From the IMG/VR virus record IMGVR_UViG_3300018080_000031, positions 1 through 51,418 of that record: 51,418 nt of DNA; one strand, given 5' to 3'. The stretch's first letter is position 1, and the number at the start of each line of letters is the position of its first letter. Of this stretch, positions 37,192-46,175 are shown in pieces. Both the position numbers and the translations under genes were made by a program. A model generated the notes under the pieces. That model was not told the origin of the DNA. It worked only from the letters and a program-made list of their open reading frames with translations, and searched no databases. Source of the DNA: a virus (lineage: Duplodnaviria > Caudoviricetes).

Positions 37192-38827
37192 TGTTTGATA
37201 AATCGTCTAGCTTTAAGTCAATAATTCTATGTATTCCAATAGATGGAATTTCACTAAATACATAAGCACCTATTTCCCAGCCAGGGCCGTAGTCATCTTG
37301 GTCTAGTGTCAAGACTAAGTCAGTCCATCTACTAAGCCACTCTAAACCATATAGCAAATCATCACCAAGGTCTGTCCCTGCATCACGGCATGGAGATAGA
37401 GGCATGATGTGGAAGTCATCGTTTGCGGCATCTGCGAAGTGGGGATTGGACGAAACAGCACCAGTTCCCGCTGCAAAGGTTGCCGATCCTGTGGCATTCC
37501 ACCTATCTTGAGTAGCATGATTATAATAACAGTTATAATTTATGGTAGGCTCTGTAGAGTTGTTTATGACATAAATACCATAAGGACTTGTGCTGAGTAT
37601 ATTGTTTGCCCAGGTTGAAGCAGGAGCACCATCATTCCCTGGGTCATCTATTCTTACATTCATTTGGGTGTTGTTGTAACAGGTATTATTATAAAATACA
37701 TTACCTGTTGAATTGTCATTTGACAATCTTAAACCAATATCGTTGGCGTAGCATATATTTCCAAATACCACACTATCGACAGCATAATAGATATTTATAC
37801 CTGCCGAAGTATTATTTGTTCCACTATCGCAATCAGTGACTTTATTTCTTCTAATTATACAACCGTCAGACAAATAATCAGTTTTTTCGTATGCAAAATC
37901 AAGGATAATCCCATCACCATCCCCGGCTCCATTGTTCTCAACTGTTGTGATAACATTATCCTCCACAATAAGCCCACGACACCACTGAAGTTGCATACCA
38001 TTGACGCTTGAGTTTGTTCCATTACCGATAGTTGTCAGTCCATTCCGTGCGATGTAGGATGTTCCACCCGTACTTTTTATCCCAGATTGGTACTGAATCG
38101 CGGCTTTTGTTGTATCTGTAAATATGCAATCTGTGACTTGGATATTATATGGTGAAGAGTCATTAGCCCCACAAGCCGCCTCAACGCTATATGTCCGTAC
38201 ACCATATACAGACCCGGAAAATGTGCAATCATTAACTACAACAGTATGGAGGACCCCAGTTCCTCCCTGTGTAAAATTGATAGCTTCAACTGCACCAGAG
38301 AAAGTACACCCATCAATTGTTATAGTGGATATTGTATTGCCAGCGTCAGCATACCCATAAATACCATATGTTCCTGTACCCCCTGAAAAAGTACAATCGT
38401 TAAATGTGATTGTGCTATCTCTCAGAATATATGCTATTTGACCTGCCCCGCCCTGCCAAGTACCTCCGTTTATGGTTGTATTTGCACCAACCCTCACTGT
38501 ACTGGCAGCATCGGTTGAAATAATCGTGGCTCCGGTTGCGTTGATTGTGACTGCTGTATCTGCTATTTCAAAAGAGTGATCAGCATCAAGTTCAGCGTCT
38601 GTGTATGTTCCAGCACATATATTAAGTGTTCCACCTGCGCCAGCGTCTGTTACGGCTTTTGCGGCGGCTTCTAAATCTCCCTCTGTGTCGGCATCTGTAA
38701 CCTCATCACAACTTGCAGCACCCGATTCATAGTAAATTGAGCCACCAGTTTCTTTTACATAAACCGTTGCCCCCCAACAAGGCCAGGCAAACAACAAAAT
38801 CGCAATTGTAAGTAATAGTTTTTTCAT
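37178..38827 (-). CDS. Signal-peptide right-handed beta-helix protein
   Basis: MKKLLLTIAILLFAWPCWG; DCTFSG and YNNT repeats; SPCRDAG...WEIGAY. Confidence 0.85.
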   Translation of the reverse strand: MKKLLLTIAILLFAWPCWGATVYVKETGGSIYYESGAASCDEVTDADTEGDLEAAAKAVTDAGAGGTLNICAGTYTDAELDADHSFEIADTAVTINATGATIISTDAASTVRVGANTTINGGTWQGGAGQIAYILRDSTITFNDCTFSGGTGTYGIYGYADAGNTISTITIDGCTFSGAVEAINFTQGGTGVLHTVVVNDCTFSGSVYGVRTYSVEAACGANDSSPYNIQVTDCIFTDTTKAAIQYQSGIKSTGGTSYIARNGLTTIGNGTNSSVNGMQLQWCRGLIVEDNVITTVENNGAGDGDGIILDFAYEKTDYLSDGCIIRRNKVTDCDSGTNNTSAGINIYYAVDSVVFGNICYANDIGLRLSNDNSTGNVFYNNTCYNNTQMNVRIDDPGNDGAPASTWANNILSTSPYGIYVINNSTEPTINYNCYYNHATQDRWNATGSATFAAGTGAVSSNPHFADAANDDFHIMPLSPCRDAGTDLGDDLLYGLEWLSRWTDLVLTLDQDDYGPGWEIGAYVFSEIPSIGIHRIIDLKLDDLSNKIVQ

Positions 38828-38834
38828 TTTTCCT

Positions 38835-39236
38835 CTATTTATCAAATTCAGATGAAATTTGAATCTTTGCAGGAGTCCCGTTAGCTTCGCTTATGTATCT
38901 AAATGACCTTATCCAATCACCGTTAGTTATTCTTAAACTATAGGTTTTATACAAGATATGGCCAAGACCTACCGTCGGCAAAGATTCTTGGACAGGATCG
39001 ACTCCGCCTACTGTCCATCTAATGTGTGCATCTTCACAGGTAATGTAAACAGCAGCTGCTTTGTTAGCCCCTGTTACGGCTATTACATTAGCAGGAAGGC
39101 TTTGTGCAGCGTCAGTTGAGTAAGCGTATTGAGTAGCAGTGAACACAGACCCTTGTGTAGTCATTACTTTGTCGGTAGCAAGTGACAATGTAGGAATTGT
39201 GAGTAATATGAGAGTTATTATTAGTTTTCTTAACAT
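38835..39236 (-). CDS. Signal-peptide hypothetical protein
   Basis: MLRKLIITLILLTIPTLSLA; GGAGG RBS. Confidence 0.75.
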   Translation of the reverse strand: MLRKLIITLILLTIPTLSLATDKVMTTQGSVFTATQYAYSTDAAQSLPANVIAVTGANKAAAVYITCEDAHIRWTVGGVDPVQESLPTVGLGHILYKTYSLRITNGDWIRSFRYISEANGTPAKIQISSEFDK

Positions 39237-39251
39237 CTTCTCCTCCAATAA

Positions 39252-39276
39252 AGTTCGTTTAATAATTAAACGATCT
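39252..39276. repeat. 25-bp quasi-palindrome copy 16
   Basis: AGTTCGTTTAATAATTAAACGATCT. Confidence 0.88.
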
Positions 39277-39278
39277 GT

Positions 39279-39557
39279 TTAACATAATGGATTGTAGACC
39301 TTCATCTCTGCCCATTTGCCATGAAGTCTTACATCCCCAGCGAATACAACATAAGCTTGGAGTCTCCAAGTTCCTTTTTGATCTAAAGTATCTGTGTTAG
39401 TGTCGTAAGACATGACTGTGCTAAGAACTGTATCAGGAGTCCAGTAGCCAGTTGTCTTGTCAGGCTTTTCGTACTTTATTCTCGCTTCTGTGTAATCAGT
39501 TAAGTCGATACTTGTACTGAGTGTTATAGTTACACTATCACCTACGAAAGTTTCCAT
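39279..39557 (-). CDS. Small beta-sandwich virion adaptor-like protein (BppU-N-like)
   Basis: IDLT...KPD..GYW...LDQKGTWRLQAYV. Confidence 0.6.
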   Translation of the reverse strand: METFVGDSVTITLSTSIDLTDYTEARIKYEKPDKTTGYWTPDTVLSTVMSYDTNTDTLDQKGTWRLQAYVVFAGDVRLHGKWAEMKVYNPLC

Positions 39558-40095
39558 TATAGTCTCGCTTTTTAGCTATTAGTATGGCTTCTCTTTCTCC
39601 ATTCCAGCGTTCGTATTTTAGTAAAGTATCACCTGGTAACTTAATATCGTTTATGTTTAAGACTGGAGATAGATGACTTGGATTCTCACTCCCATTCGGT
39701 TCGATAGGGAAGATAAGGCACATAACTGAAATGCTAATATTCCACATACGAATTAGCTTATCGTCTCTGTCTTTTAAATGTTCAATAGTATGTGCGCAGT
39801 AGACATTTCTACATGAGATGTCTTTGAGAAGCGCATAACTTCTTACATTATGGTCTGATGCAATGAGACGTTTTATGTGACTTATTTCACATCCTACAAC
39901 GTCATAACCTAGCATTTTCCATACTTCAACTTCAAATCCATCTCCGCTGCCGAAGCATAGGACGGGTTCGTCTATTGGAAAGTAAGGTGCAGCTTCTCCA
40001 ATGTTTCTTAGTACTCGAAAGCGCTTCTCGGTATTACGAGTATAGTCACAATGTCGGTCTTGTAATTCTGCGATATTCAAAAGTCTTTTCCCCAA
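39538..40095 (-). CDS. Class I SAM-dependent methyltransferase
   Basis: VLCFGSGDG, GCEIS, HTIEHL. Confidence 0.75.
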   Translation of the reverse strand: MGKRLLNIAELQDRHCDYTRNTEKRFRVLRNIGEAAPYFPIDEPVLCFGSGDGFEVEVWKMLGYDVVGCEISHIKRLIASDHNVRSYALLKDISCRNVYCAHTIEHLKDRDDKLIRMWNISISVMCLIFPIEPNGSENPSHLSPVLNINDIKLPGDTLLKYERWNGEREAILIAKKRDYNGNFRR

Positions 40096-41018
40096 GGTGG
40101 ATTTGCAAGAAGTTCCTCAAATGAAATCTTTTGGTTTTCAAGAATCCATTGCCGTTCTTCTTCACCTATTTCCTTAGCTATTCTTAATGCTTGCTCGACG
40201 TCAGCGAAGTAGCGTTCCATTTTAGTTTTTGTAAAGTTATCTCGAAGAAACTGTTCTCCACCGTAGATGTAAGCTGCCACGGCGTGGCCAGTGCCAGGTT
40301 GATAATCTCCATGTCGGCCGTAGAGTCTGTATTTAACATAAGGTCTGCACGGCTTAGGATACTCGCCAAAGTGATAGCTTACTCCATGAGGTATGCCCCA
40401 GTTTTCGTAGCCAAATATCCAAGGCTTGATGCCTAGGTAAGGGATTAGTCCTCCCCATCCTACATTGTGTTTCGCTAGACAGCCGTAACCACCTATTGCA
40501 TGGTAGACATCTTTGCGAATCATATGAGGCATGCCTTTCCAAGTTATTTTAAGTTCCTTGTTAGTCATCTTGCCCCATGAGCCTAGGCAGTTTCTATGAA
40601 GACGAAAGCTCATCTTTCTTGCATGGCTAGAGTTGTGCGCCCATTGGATAGGTGCGTGTACGAAACCTATTGGCTCACCCTCATGTCGACGGAAGAAGCG
40701 TAGACAAGATGTAATTACATCTCTTCCAACCAATGAATGGGAGTCTGTGTAGAAGATGTATTCGCCTTTAGCTTCAACTGCAGCTCGCTCCATAGCTTTG
40801 GCTTCGCCTGGGATGTCTTGACGAATTAGTCGAGTCGTGCCATCTTTGATCTGGCCGCTTAAGATCATCTCGACACACTCAAGGTATTCTTTGTCTGAGT
40901 TGTCTACAACGACAATCTCACCATCGATACCTTTCATTGCCTCGACTGCGGATAAGACTGTTACGAGAAGCATCTGCAGGTCGTTTCTGTTAGCTATTAT
41001 TACGGAGACTTTTTTCAT
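40077..41018 (-). CDS. Glycosyltransferase family 2
   Basis: VSVIIANRN, EIVVVDNSD, AKGEYIFYTDSH, IGGY. Confidence 0.88.
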   Translation of the reverse strand: MKKVSVIIANRNDLQMLLVTVLSAVEAMKGIDGEIVVVDNSDKEYLECVEMILSGQIKDGTTRLIRQDIPGEAKAMERAAVEAKGEYIFYTDSHSLVGRDVITSCLRFFRRHEGEPIGFVHAPIQWAHNSSHARKMSFRLHRNCLGSWGKMTNKELKITWKGMPHMIRKDVYHAIGGYGCLAKHNVGWGGLIPYLGIKPWIFGYENWGIPHGVSYHFGEYPKPCRPYVKYRLYGRHGDYQPGTGHAVAAYIYGGEQFLRDNFTKTKMERYFADVEQALRIAKEIGEEERQWILENQKISFEELLANPPWGKDF

Positions 41019-41209
41019 TAATCCATCTTCTCAACAGTAGACTTAAACTGACCGCACCAATCATCTTTGCCAGTCAAGGGCCATACAAGCTTATATTCGT
41101 CATTTTCTTCAGTTTTCATAACAGAAGGGCTCGGAGCATTTGCTTTACATACTCCAAAGTTCCTCTCACTCATGTCCATCTCCCAAAATTTACAGTCTGC
41201 ACATCTCAT
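41018..41209 (-). CDS. Small Cys-rich protein
   Basis: CADCKFW...GVC...WP...DWCGQF. Confidence 0.75.
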   Translation of the reverse strand: MRCADCKFWEMDMSERNFGVCKANAPSPSVMKTEENDEYKLVWPLTGKDDWCGQFKSTVEKMD

Positions 41210-41233
41210 TTTAAATCCTCCTTAGGTTTAAGG

Positions 41234-43717
41234 TTACCAACAAATTTCTGATTCCAGTCTTAATTCTCTTGAAATTATTGACATGAATATGAGATCATCT
41301 AAGATCAAAGAATCTGCTTTTAACTCTGTCATAATACGTGAAGTGAGGTATCTTTCACATATTGGTCCTGGTGTTGTTGTAGTAGTTGTAGTGGTAGTAG
41401 TTGTTGTTGTACTGGTTGTTGTGGTAGTTGTCGTAGTAGTTGTAGTTGTGGTTGTGGTTGTGGTTGTTGTACTTGTTGTAGTCGGACCTGCAGTTGTTGT
41501 TGTAGTTGTAGTCGTAGTTGTAGGTCCTGCAGTGGTAGTCGTTGTAGTTGTAGTCGTAGGTCCAGCTGTGGTTGTAGTAGTTGTTGTAGTGGTCGTTGGT
41601 GCTGCTGTTGTGGTAGTGGGAGCAACAGTGGTTGTAGTAGTGGTGGTAGTAGTTGTAGTAGGTGCTAAGGTTGTAGTTGTCGTCGTTGTCGTGGTAGTCG
41701 TAGGAGCTAATGTTGTAGTCGTAGTAGTTGTAGTCGTTGTAGGAGCAAGCGTAGTTGTAGTAGTACTTGTTGTAGTACTAGTTGTTGTGGTAGTTGTAGT
41801 TGTCGTACTTGTTGTAGTAGACGTAGTCGTTGTTGATGTAGTCGTTGTTGTAGTTGTAGTAGACGTTGTGGTACTAGTTGTCGTTGTAGTAGTTGTCGTA
41901 CTTGTCGTACTTGTAGTGGTTGTAGTAGATGTAGTAGTTGTAGTTGTAGTGCTCGTTGTAGTACTAGTGGTTGTAGTAGTCGTCGTAGTACTAGTCGTGG
42001 TACTCGTAGTAGTTGTGGTTGTCGTGGTACTTGTAGTTGTAGATGTTGTCGTTGTAGTGGTAGTAGTACTAGTAGTTGTACTGGTAGTAGTCGTAGTGGT
42101 TGTTGTACTGGTTGTAGTACTAGTCGTTGTCGTTGTAGTGGTTGTACTTGTAGTAGTGGACGTTGTTGTAGTCGTTGTTGTCGTCGTAGTTGGAGCAACA
42201 GTTGTAGTTGTAGTTGTTGTCGGCGCAGCTGTGGTCGTTGTAGTAGTCGGAGCAGCGGTAGTTGTTGTAGTGGTGGTGGAGCCAGCCGCCTCTATATGAC
42301 TTGCCCCAATCCAGAACGGTGTGCCGTTATCCCTTGCCGTTCCTGCGATGTCTTCAGTTACGCCAGAACCGTAAAGGTTGTCGCCGTCATTGACTATTTC
42401 AAGATTTGTAGAATCTCCATCAGGGTCTAAACGGTAATCATTTGAACCATAATTTTCAAAGACTGAGTTTGTATGAACGTCTGTATCATCGTAATCTTCG
42501 TCTGGACTCGTGCCATCTTCAGAGATATTTTTGGCATGGGTATCCCAATAACTTGTATTTGTATAACCTGTTGAATTGCCTTGGCATAAATTATTTTTTA
42601 AAACATTTGTGCCACTGTCCCTATTATTTGCAATTCCTATCGAACAACCAATAACAGTGTTATTGTAAACATTCAAATCCCCATAATTATATTTTTCAAT
42701 TCCTTCTTTTGACGATATCCCATAGACAACACAATTTCTCACTGTTGCGTTGTATGAATCTGTCCGAATAGCTATCCCAGTCTCGCTATTGCTATCACCA
42801 TATACTAATAACCTATCAATTAGTATGCTATTGCCGCTGCCAGCGTCAGTGGCATCAACCCCAAAATTATCTGTACCTCTGGTGTCTAATGCAAGATTGG
42901 TGACTGCAACATAATCCATTTGACCTTGTGTTGCAGCATTAAGAGATATTTTATTATATGTTCCATAATTTATTCTTGCACCATTTCCATAGGCCCCGCC
43001 ATCATGTTCATCTCCTGGATATGCTGTGATTAATAGAAGGTGTGAATTTGTTGTGTCTATATCAAATGTAACAACAGATGATATTGATGTTTCTTCGCTT
43101 TTGTGTTGTAACGTCAGATTACCTATCAACTGTGCATCAACATTTAATTCTGCGTCTGCCAAATCCGTAGCATCACAACCAGCCGCTCCAATAGTATACT
43201 CACCACTTGTCCAAGACGCCTTTCTATCAAAAAACTCATGATCTTTTCTTACTGCAAGATCCTCATGTAATAAGTAAGTCGTAAAATCTCTATCCTGATA
43301 AATATATGGTGATACTTTTTCATAATCGAAAAGCGTTTCAAAGTGGGTCTGTGTTATCCAATTTTTGTCAAGCCAATCCTTTAAATCAATAAACCAATCC
43401 CTGACCCGTTCTGTTTTTGTTTCTTCATTATAACCAATGTCCCAGGGATAACGCCCTTTATCGTCTGTTACATATAGATATTTTTTTAGTGCATAGACAG
43501 AAGGTTTTGTAGATTTCCAATCTTCCCTTGATGATGTAGTCCCCCTAATTTTCCAGTAATCATGAGGGGTTTGAATAACACAACGATGCGGGTTTGGACT
43601 TCCGTCATAGTATCCATCAGGACGGATATCAGCGACTTGAAAATTAGTCCAATATTTTAACCGTTCTGCTAAGTCGGCAGAGGGCTTTTTGTTACCTATT
43701 TTGATTGATATTTGCAT
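41234..43717 (-). CDS. Beta-helix protein with a ~300-residue mucin-like poly-Thr stalk
   Basis: YNNT/KNNL beta-helix repeats, WIGA; Thr tract; short C-terminal domain. Confidence 0.85.
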   Translation of the reverse strand: MQISIKIGNKKPSADLAERLKYWTNFQVADIRPDGYYDGSPNPHRCVIQTPHDYWKIRGTTSSREDWKSTKPSVYALKKYLYVTDDKGRYPWDIGYNEETKTERVRDWFIDLKDWLDKNWITQTHFETLFDYEKVSPYIYQDRDFTTYLLHEDLAVRKDHEFFDRKASWTSGEYTIGAAGCDATDLADAELNVDAQLIGNLTLQHKSEETSISSVVTFDIDTTNSHLLLITAYPGDEHDGGAYGNGARINYGTYNKISLNAATQGQMDYVAVTNLALDTRGTDNFGVDATDAGSGNSILIDRLLVYGDSNSETGIAIRTDSYNATVRNCVVYGISSKEGIEKYNYGDLNVYNNTVIGCSIGIANNRDSGTNVLKNNLCQGNSTGYTNTSYWDTHAKNISEDGTSPDEDYDDTDVHTNSVFENYGSNDYRLDPDGDSTNLEIVNDGDNLYGSGVTEDIAGTARDNGTPFWIGASHIEAAGSTTTTTTTAAPTTTTTTAAPTTTTTTTVAPTTTTTTTTTTSTTTSTTTTTTTTSTTTSTTTTTTTTSTTTSTTTTTTTTSTTTSTTTTTTTTSTTTSTTTTTTTTSTTTSTTTTTTTSTTTTTSTTSTTTTTTTTSTTTSTTTTTTTTSTTTTSTTTSTTTTTTTTTSTTTSTTTTTLAPTTTTTTTTTTLAPTTTTTTTTTTTLAPTTTTTTTTTTTVAPTTTTAAPTTTTTTTTTTAGPTTTTTTTTTAGPTTTTTTTTTTAGPTTTSTTTTTTTTTTTTTTTTTTTSTTTTTTTTTTTTTPGPICERYLTSRIMTELKADSLILDDLIFMSIISRELRLESEICW
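41372..42277 (-). repeat. Low-complexity Thr-codon tract (about 302 codons)
   Basis: ACN codons interrupted by Ser, AP and AGP units. Confidence 0.95.
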
Positions 43718-44125
43718 CTACTGCCAACCACTCCAATCAAAATTTGTATTTGATTTGCTTACTACAATATCCTCGGTTATTCTTGTCCTTATTTCTGGTG
43801 AATTATCATATAGAATAATATTTGAAGTAAGTTCTTTATATTTATTCCAATCTCTTTGTTCTTCTGGAGTATTTCTAAATTTATCCATAAAATTAGAAAG
43901 CCTGTAAATATCTGGGGATTTATTTAAATCCGATTTTTGCGCTTCAATCATTACATCATATGAACGACCCCTGGTAATCCGTTTTGCGCTTATTTGACAA
44001 TATGGGCATTCATAGATAGAAATATCTTGTGAATCATCTAAATCTACTTCTCGTTCCCACAATCCCCATTCATCTTCTGGTGCCGTAATAAAACCACAAT
44101 ATTTACATTTAACTATTGTTTTCAT
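43718..44125 (-). CDS. Hypothetical Zn-ribbon protein
   Basis: CKYC...CPYC; GGAG RBS. Confidence 0.7.
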   Translation of the reverse strand: MKTIVKCKYCGFITAPEDEWGLWEREVDLDDSQDISIYECPYCQISAKRITRGRSYDVMIEAQKSDLNKSPDIYRLSNFMDKFRNTPEEQRDWNKYKELTSNIILYDNSPEIRTRITEDIVVSKSNTNFDWSGWQ

Positions 44126-44237
44126 ATTGTTTACTCCATGCCCTATGCCACCAAGGGCTATTCACATATCCAAGGTGAATGTTTATTATTCTGCCGAAAA
44201 CCCAAAGCCAGAAGGACTGCCAGGTAAGTCGGCAATA

Positions 44238-44262
44238 AGATCGTTTAATAATTAAACGGTCT
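44238..44262. repeat. 25-bp quasi-palindrome copy 17
   Basis: AGATCGTTTAATAATTAAACGGTCT. Confidence 0.92.
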
Positions 44263-44621
44263 CATTTTGATTTCAGTTCCTCAAGAGACTTGAGGACTTC
44301 GCTATTTACTTTACGTTGTTCGTGCTTGAATTCTTTTAAGTCTTCCTTGATAGTCTCAAGAGACTGTGTTATTAGTTTTGTGTTAGTTTTGCAGTCAGCT
44401 AGTTTCTCACGGTGCTTTTCGACCTTTTGCTCTATTCTCTTTATCTCCTCGGCCTTTGCAACTTGACGTGAGTCGTAAGCGCCATAGACAAGCATTGCTA
44501 TGATTCCAAGTGCTGTTACGATAACTGCAACAGTTGTTCCTAAATAACCTTTTGAAACTTTAGTGTTTAAGCATTTGATAAGCTCTAATTTACATTTAGG
44601 ATCAGGACATTCATCTATCAT
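44262..44621 (-). CDS. Single-TM coiled-coil membrane protein (possible lysis function)
   Basis: Hydrophobic TVAVIVTALGIIAMLVYG followed by coiled coil. Confidence 0.65.
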   Translation of the reverse strand: MIDECPDPKCKLELIKCLNTKVSKGYLGTTVAVIVTALGIIAMLVYGAYDSRQVAKAEEIKRIEQKVEKHREKLADCKTNTKLITQSLETIKEDLKEFKHEQRKVNSEVLKSLEELKSK

Positions 44622-46150
44622 GCATATCTCCAGTTTTCAAGTGTAGGTTCGTAGTCAAGTTCTTTGAATTCAGCTTCAATGTCAGCAGGGTCTTCTTTTG
44701 GACTGAAGTAGCGTTCACCGAGTTCTAACATCTCAATGATGTAAGCTAAGCAGTCCATTAAGTCCCAGAGACGAGAACGAGGAAACATTAAGAGTTGTTG
44801 TTCAAGCTTTTTAACAGTCGCACATGCAGCATTATGGTAGATGTAGCCTTGTCGATAATAAGGAACTAGTTCCTTCACACGCAGTTCTTTCTTCATCCCT
44901 CCACGAGCTTTTAGCCAGATGAGTTCGAAGAATTTGCCGGTTTTAAACATCTGGTTTTTAATTGGCTGCTTGATGAATTCGTTGAGGGAAGTTTCCTCGA
45001 TGCCAAGAACTTTGGCATTTAATCTAATTCCCATCCCGAATAAGGCATCATAAATCTCGTCAGGATACATCTTTTCGGAAATTGCATCTCGGACGTAAAG
45101 TCGAGCGCTGTTCAAGTCTATGCCCACGCCTACTATGGCTGATTCAGCTGAGTGAATCTTGACTGTCTTAGCAGGGTCAAGGATTACTACAGTTTCTACA
45201 TTTTGATCAGATTGCACATCAGGTTCTGACTTCTTTATATCAAACTCGCTGACTGAATTTTCTATTGGTTTATTGTAATATCTAAAATAACCTTGTTGGA
45301 AAGCAGAGTCTTTAGTTGAAATTGGAAGGTTTCGTAGTTCGCGGAAAAAGACGTCGGTCTGTCCAGATGCCTGATGTTCTTCCCATTCCTTCATTATTTC
45401 TTCATCAGACATGAAGATTGGCGCTGTTGAATGAAAGTCGTCGTCGCAAGCTTCTAGGCGGACAGATTTCCATTCTTCAGATTCGAGCAACTTTTGTAAC
45501 ACAGAGTCTTCGTGCTTCAAGGTGTCAATGTAGACGATTTTCCAATTTCTGTGAAGGCGAGGGACTGCTTTGATTACGTCTGCGTAGAGCCACTCGTACC
45601 AAGCTTTTCTTATCTCGTCGTTGCGTATCTTTTCAGGGTCTTCAAGGTCGTCTATTACTATTAAACCAGGTCGATCATTCTTGAATAAAACACCACGAAC
45701 TTGCTGACCTGCTCCACGTGGCCAGACAAGTGTGTCATAAGCAACCCATGCTTTTTTGCTAAACACTTCATCAAATTCATTATTACCTACACTTCGTGTT
45801 CTGAAGTCGCCGAAGAAGTGTTTGATCATTCTGTTGGTTACAAGTTCTCGGCGCAGATTTTCAGTTTGAAGTGAAGCTGCATCGTGAGATTTGTTAATGT
45901 AGCAAATAAATCCTGTGTGACGAAATAAGATGTAACGAGCCATTAAAGCAAGGGCGACGATAGAAGTCTTACCCCAACCTCGAGGTGCAGCAATAGCTAC
46001 TTTATTATCAGGACCATCGATTAGGTCAAAGATCTTCCCATGAATGTTCTTGGCGAAAGGTGCGTAGAAACGTTCAGGGAAGAAGGTTTTAGCCATTACT
46101 TCCGTGTCGATGGAGCTAAGAGATAATATTTGTTCTGTGGTTTTGTCCAT
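44618..46150 (-). CDS. terL: Terminase large subunit
   Basis: Walker A APRGWGKTS, Walker B IVIDDLE, nuclease LDPA, GIEE, DLMDCLAY. Confidence 0.93.
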   Translation of the reverse strand: MDKTTEQILSLSSIDTEVMAKTFFPERFYAPFAKNIHGKIFDLIDGPDNKVAIAAPRGWGKTSIVALALMARYILFRHTGFICYINKSHDAASLQTENLRRELVTNRMIKHFFGDFRTRSVGNNEFDEVFSKKAWVAYDTLVWPRGAGQQVRGVLFKNDRPGLIVIDDLEDPEKIRNDEIRKAWYEWLYADVIKAVPRLHRNWKIVYIDTLKHEDSVLQKLLESEEWKSVRLEACDDDFHSTAPIFMSDEEIMKEWEEHQASGQTDVFFRELRNLPISTKDSAFQQGYFRYYNKPIENSVSEFDIKKSEPDVQSDQNVETVVILDPAKTVKIHSAESAIVGVGIDLNSARLYVRDAISEKMYPDEIYDALFGMGIRLNAKVLGIEETSLNEFIKQPIKNQMFKTGKFFELIWLKARGGMKKELRVKELVPYYRQGYIYHNAACATVKKLEQQLLMFPRSRLWDLMDCLAYIIEMLELGERYFSPKEDPADIEAEFKELDYEPTLENWRYA

Positions 46151-46175
46151 AGATTGTTTAATAATTAAACGGTCT
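46151..46175. repeat. 25-bp quasi-palindrome copy 18, occupying the entire terL upstream gap
   Basis: AGATTGTTTAATAATTAAACGGTCT directly abutting the terL ATG. Confidence 0.92.

Noticed and set aside
41283-42299. 338-aa poly-Val ORF on + and Gln/Leu-rich ORFs in other frames
   Set aside because: Shadows of the Thr-codon tract; antisense or out of frame to a well-formed gene, with no RBS
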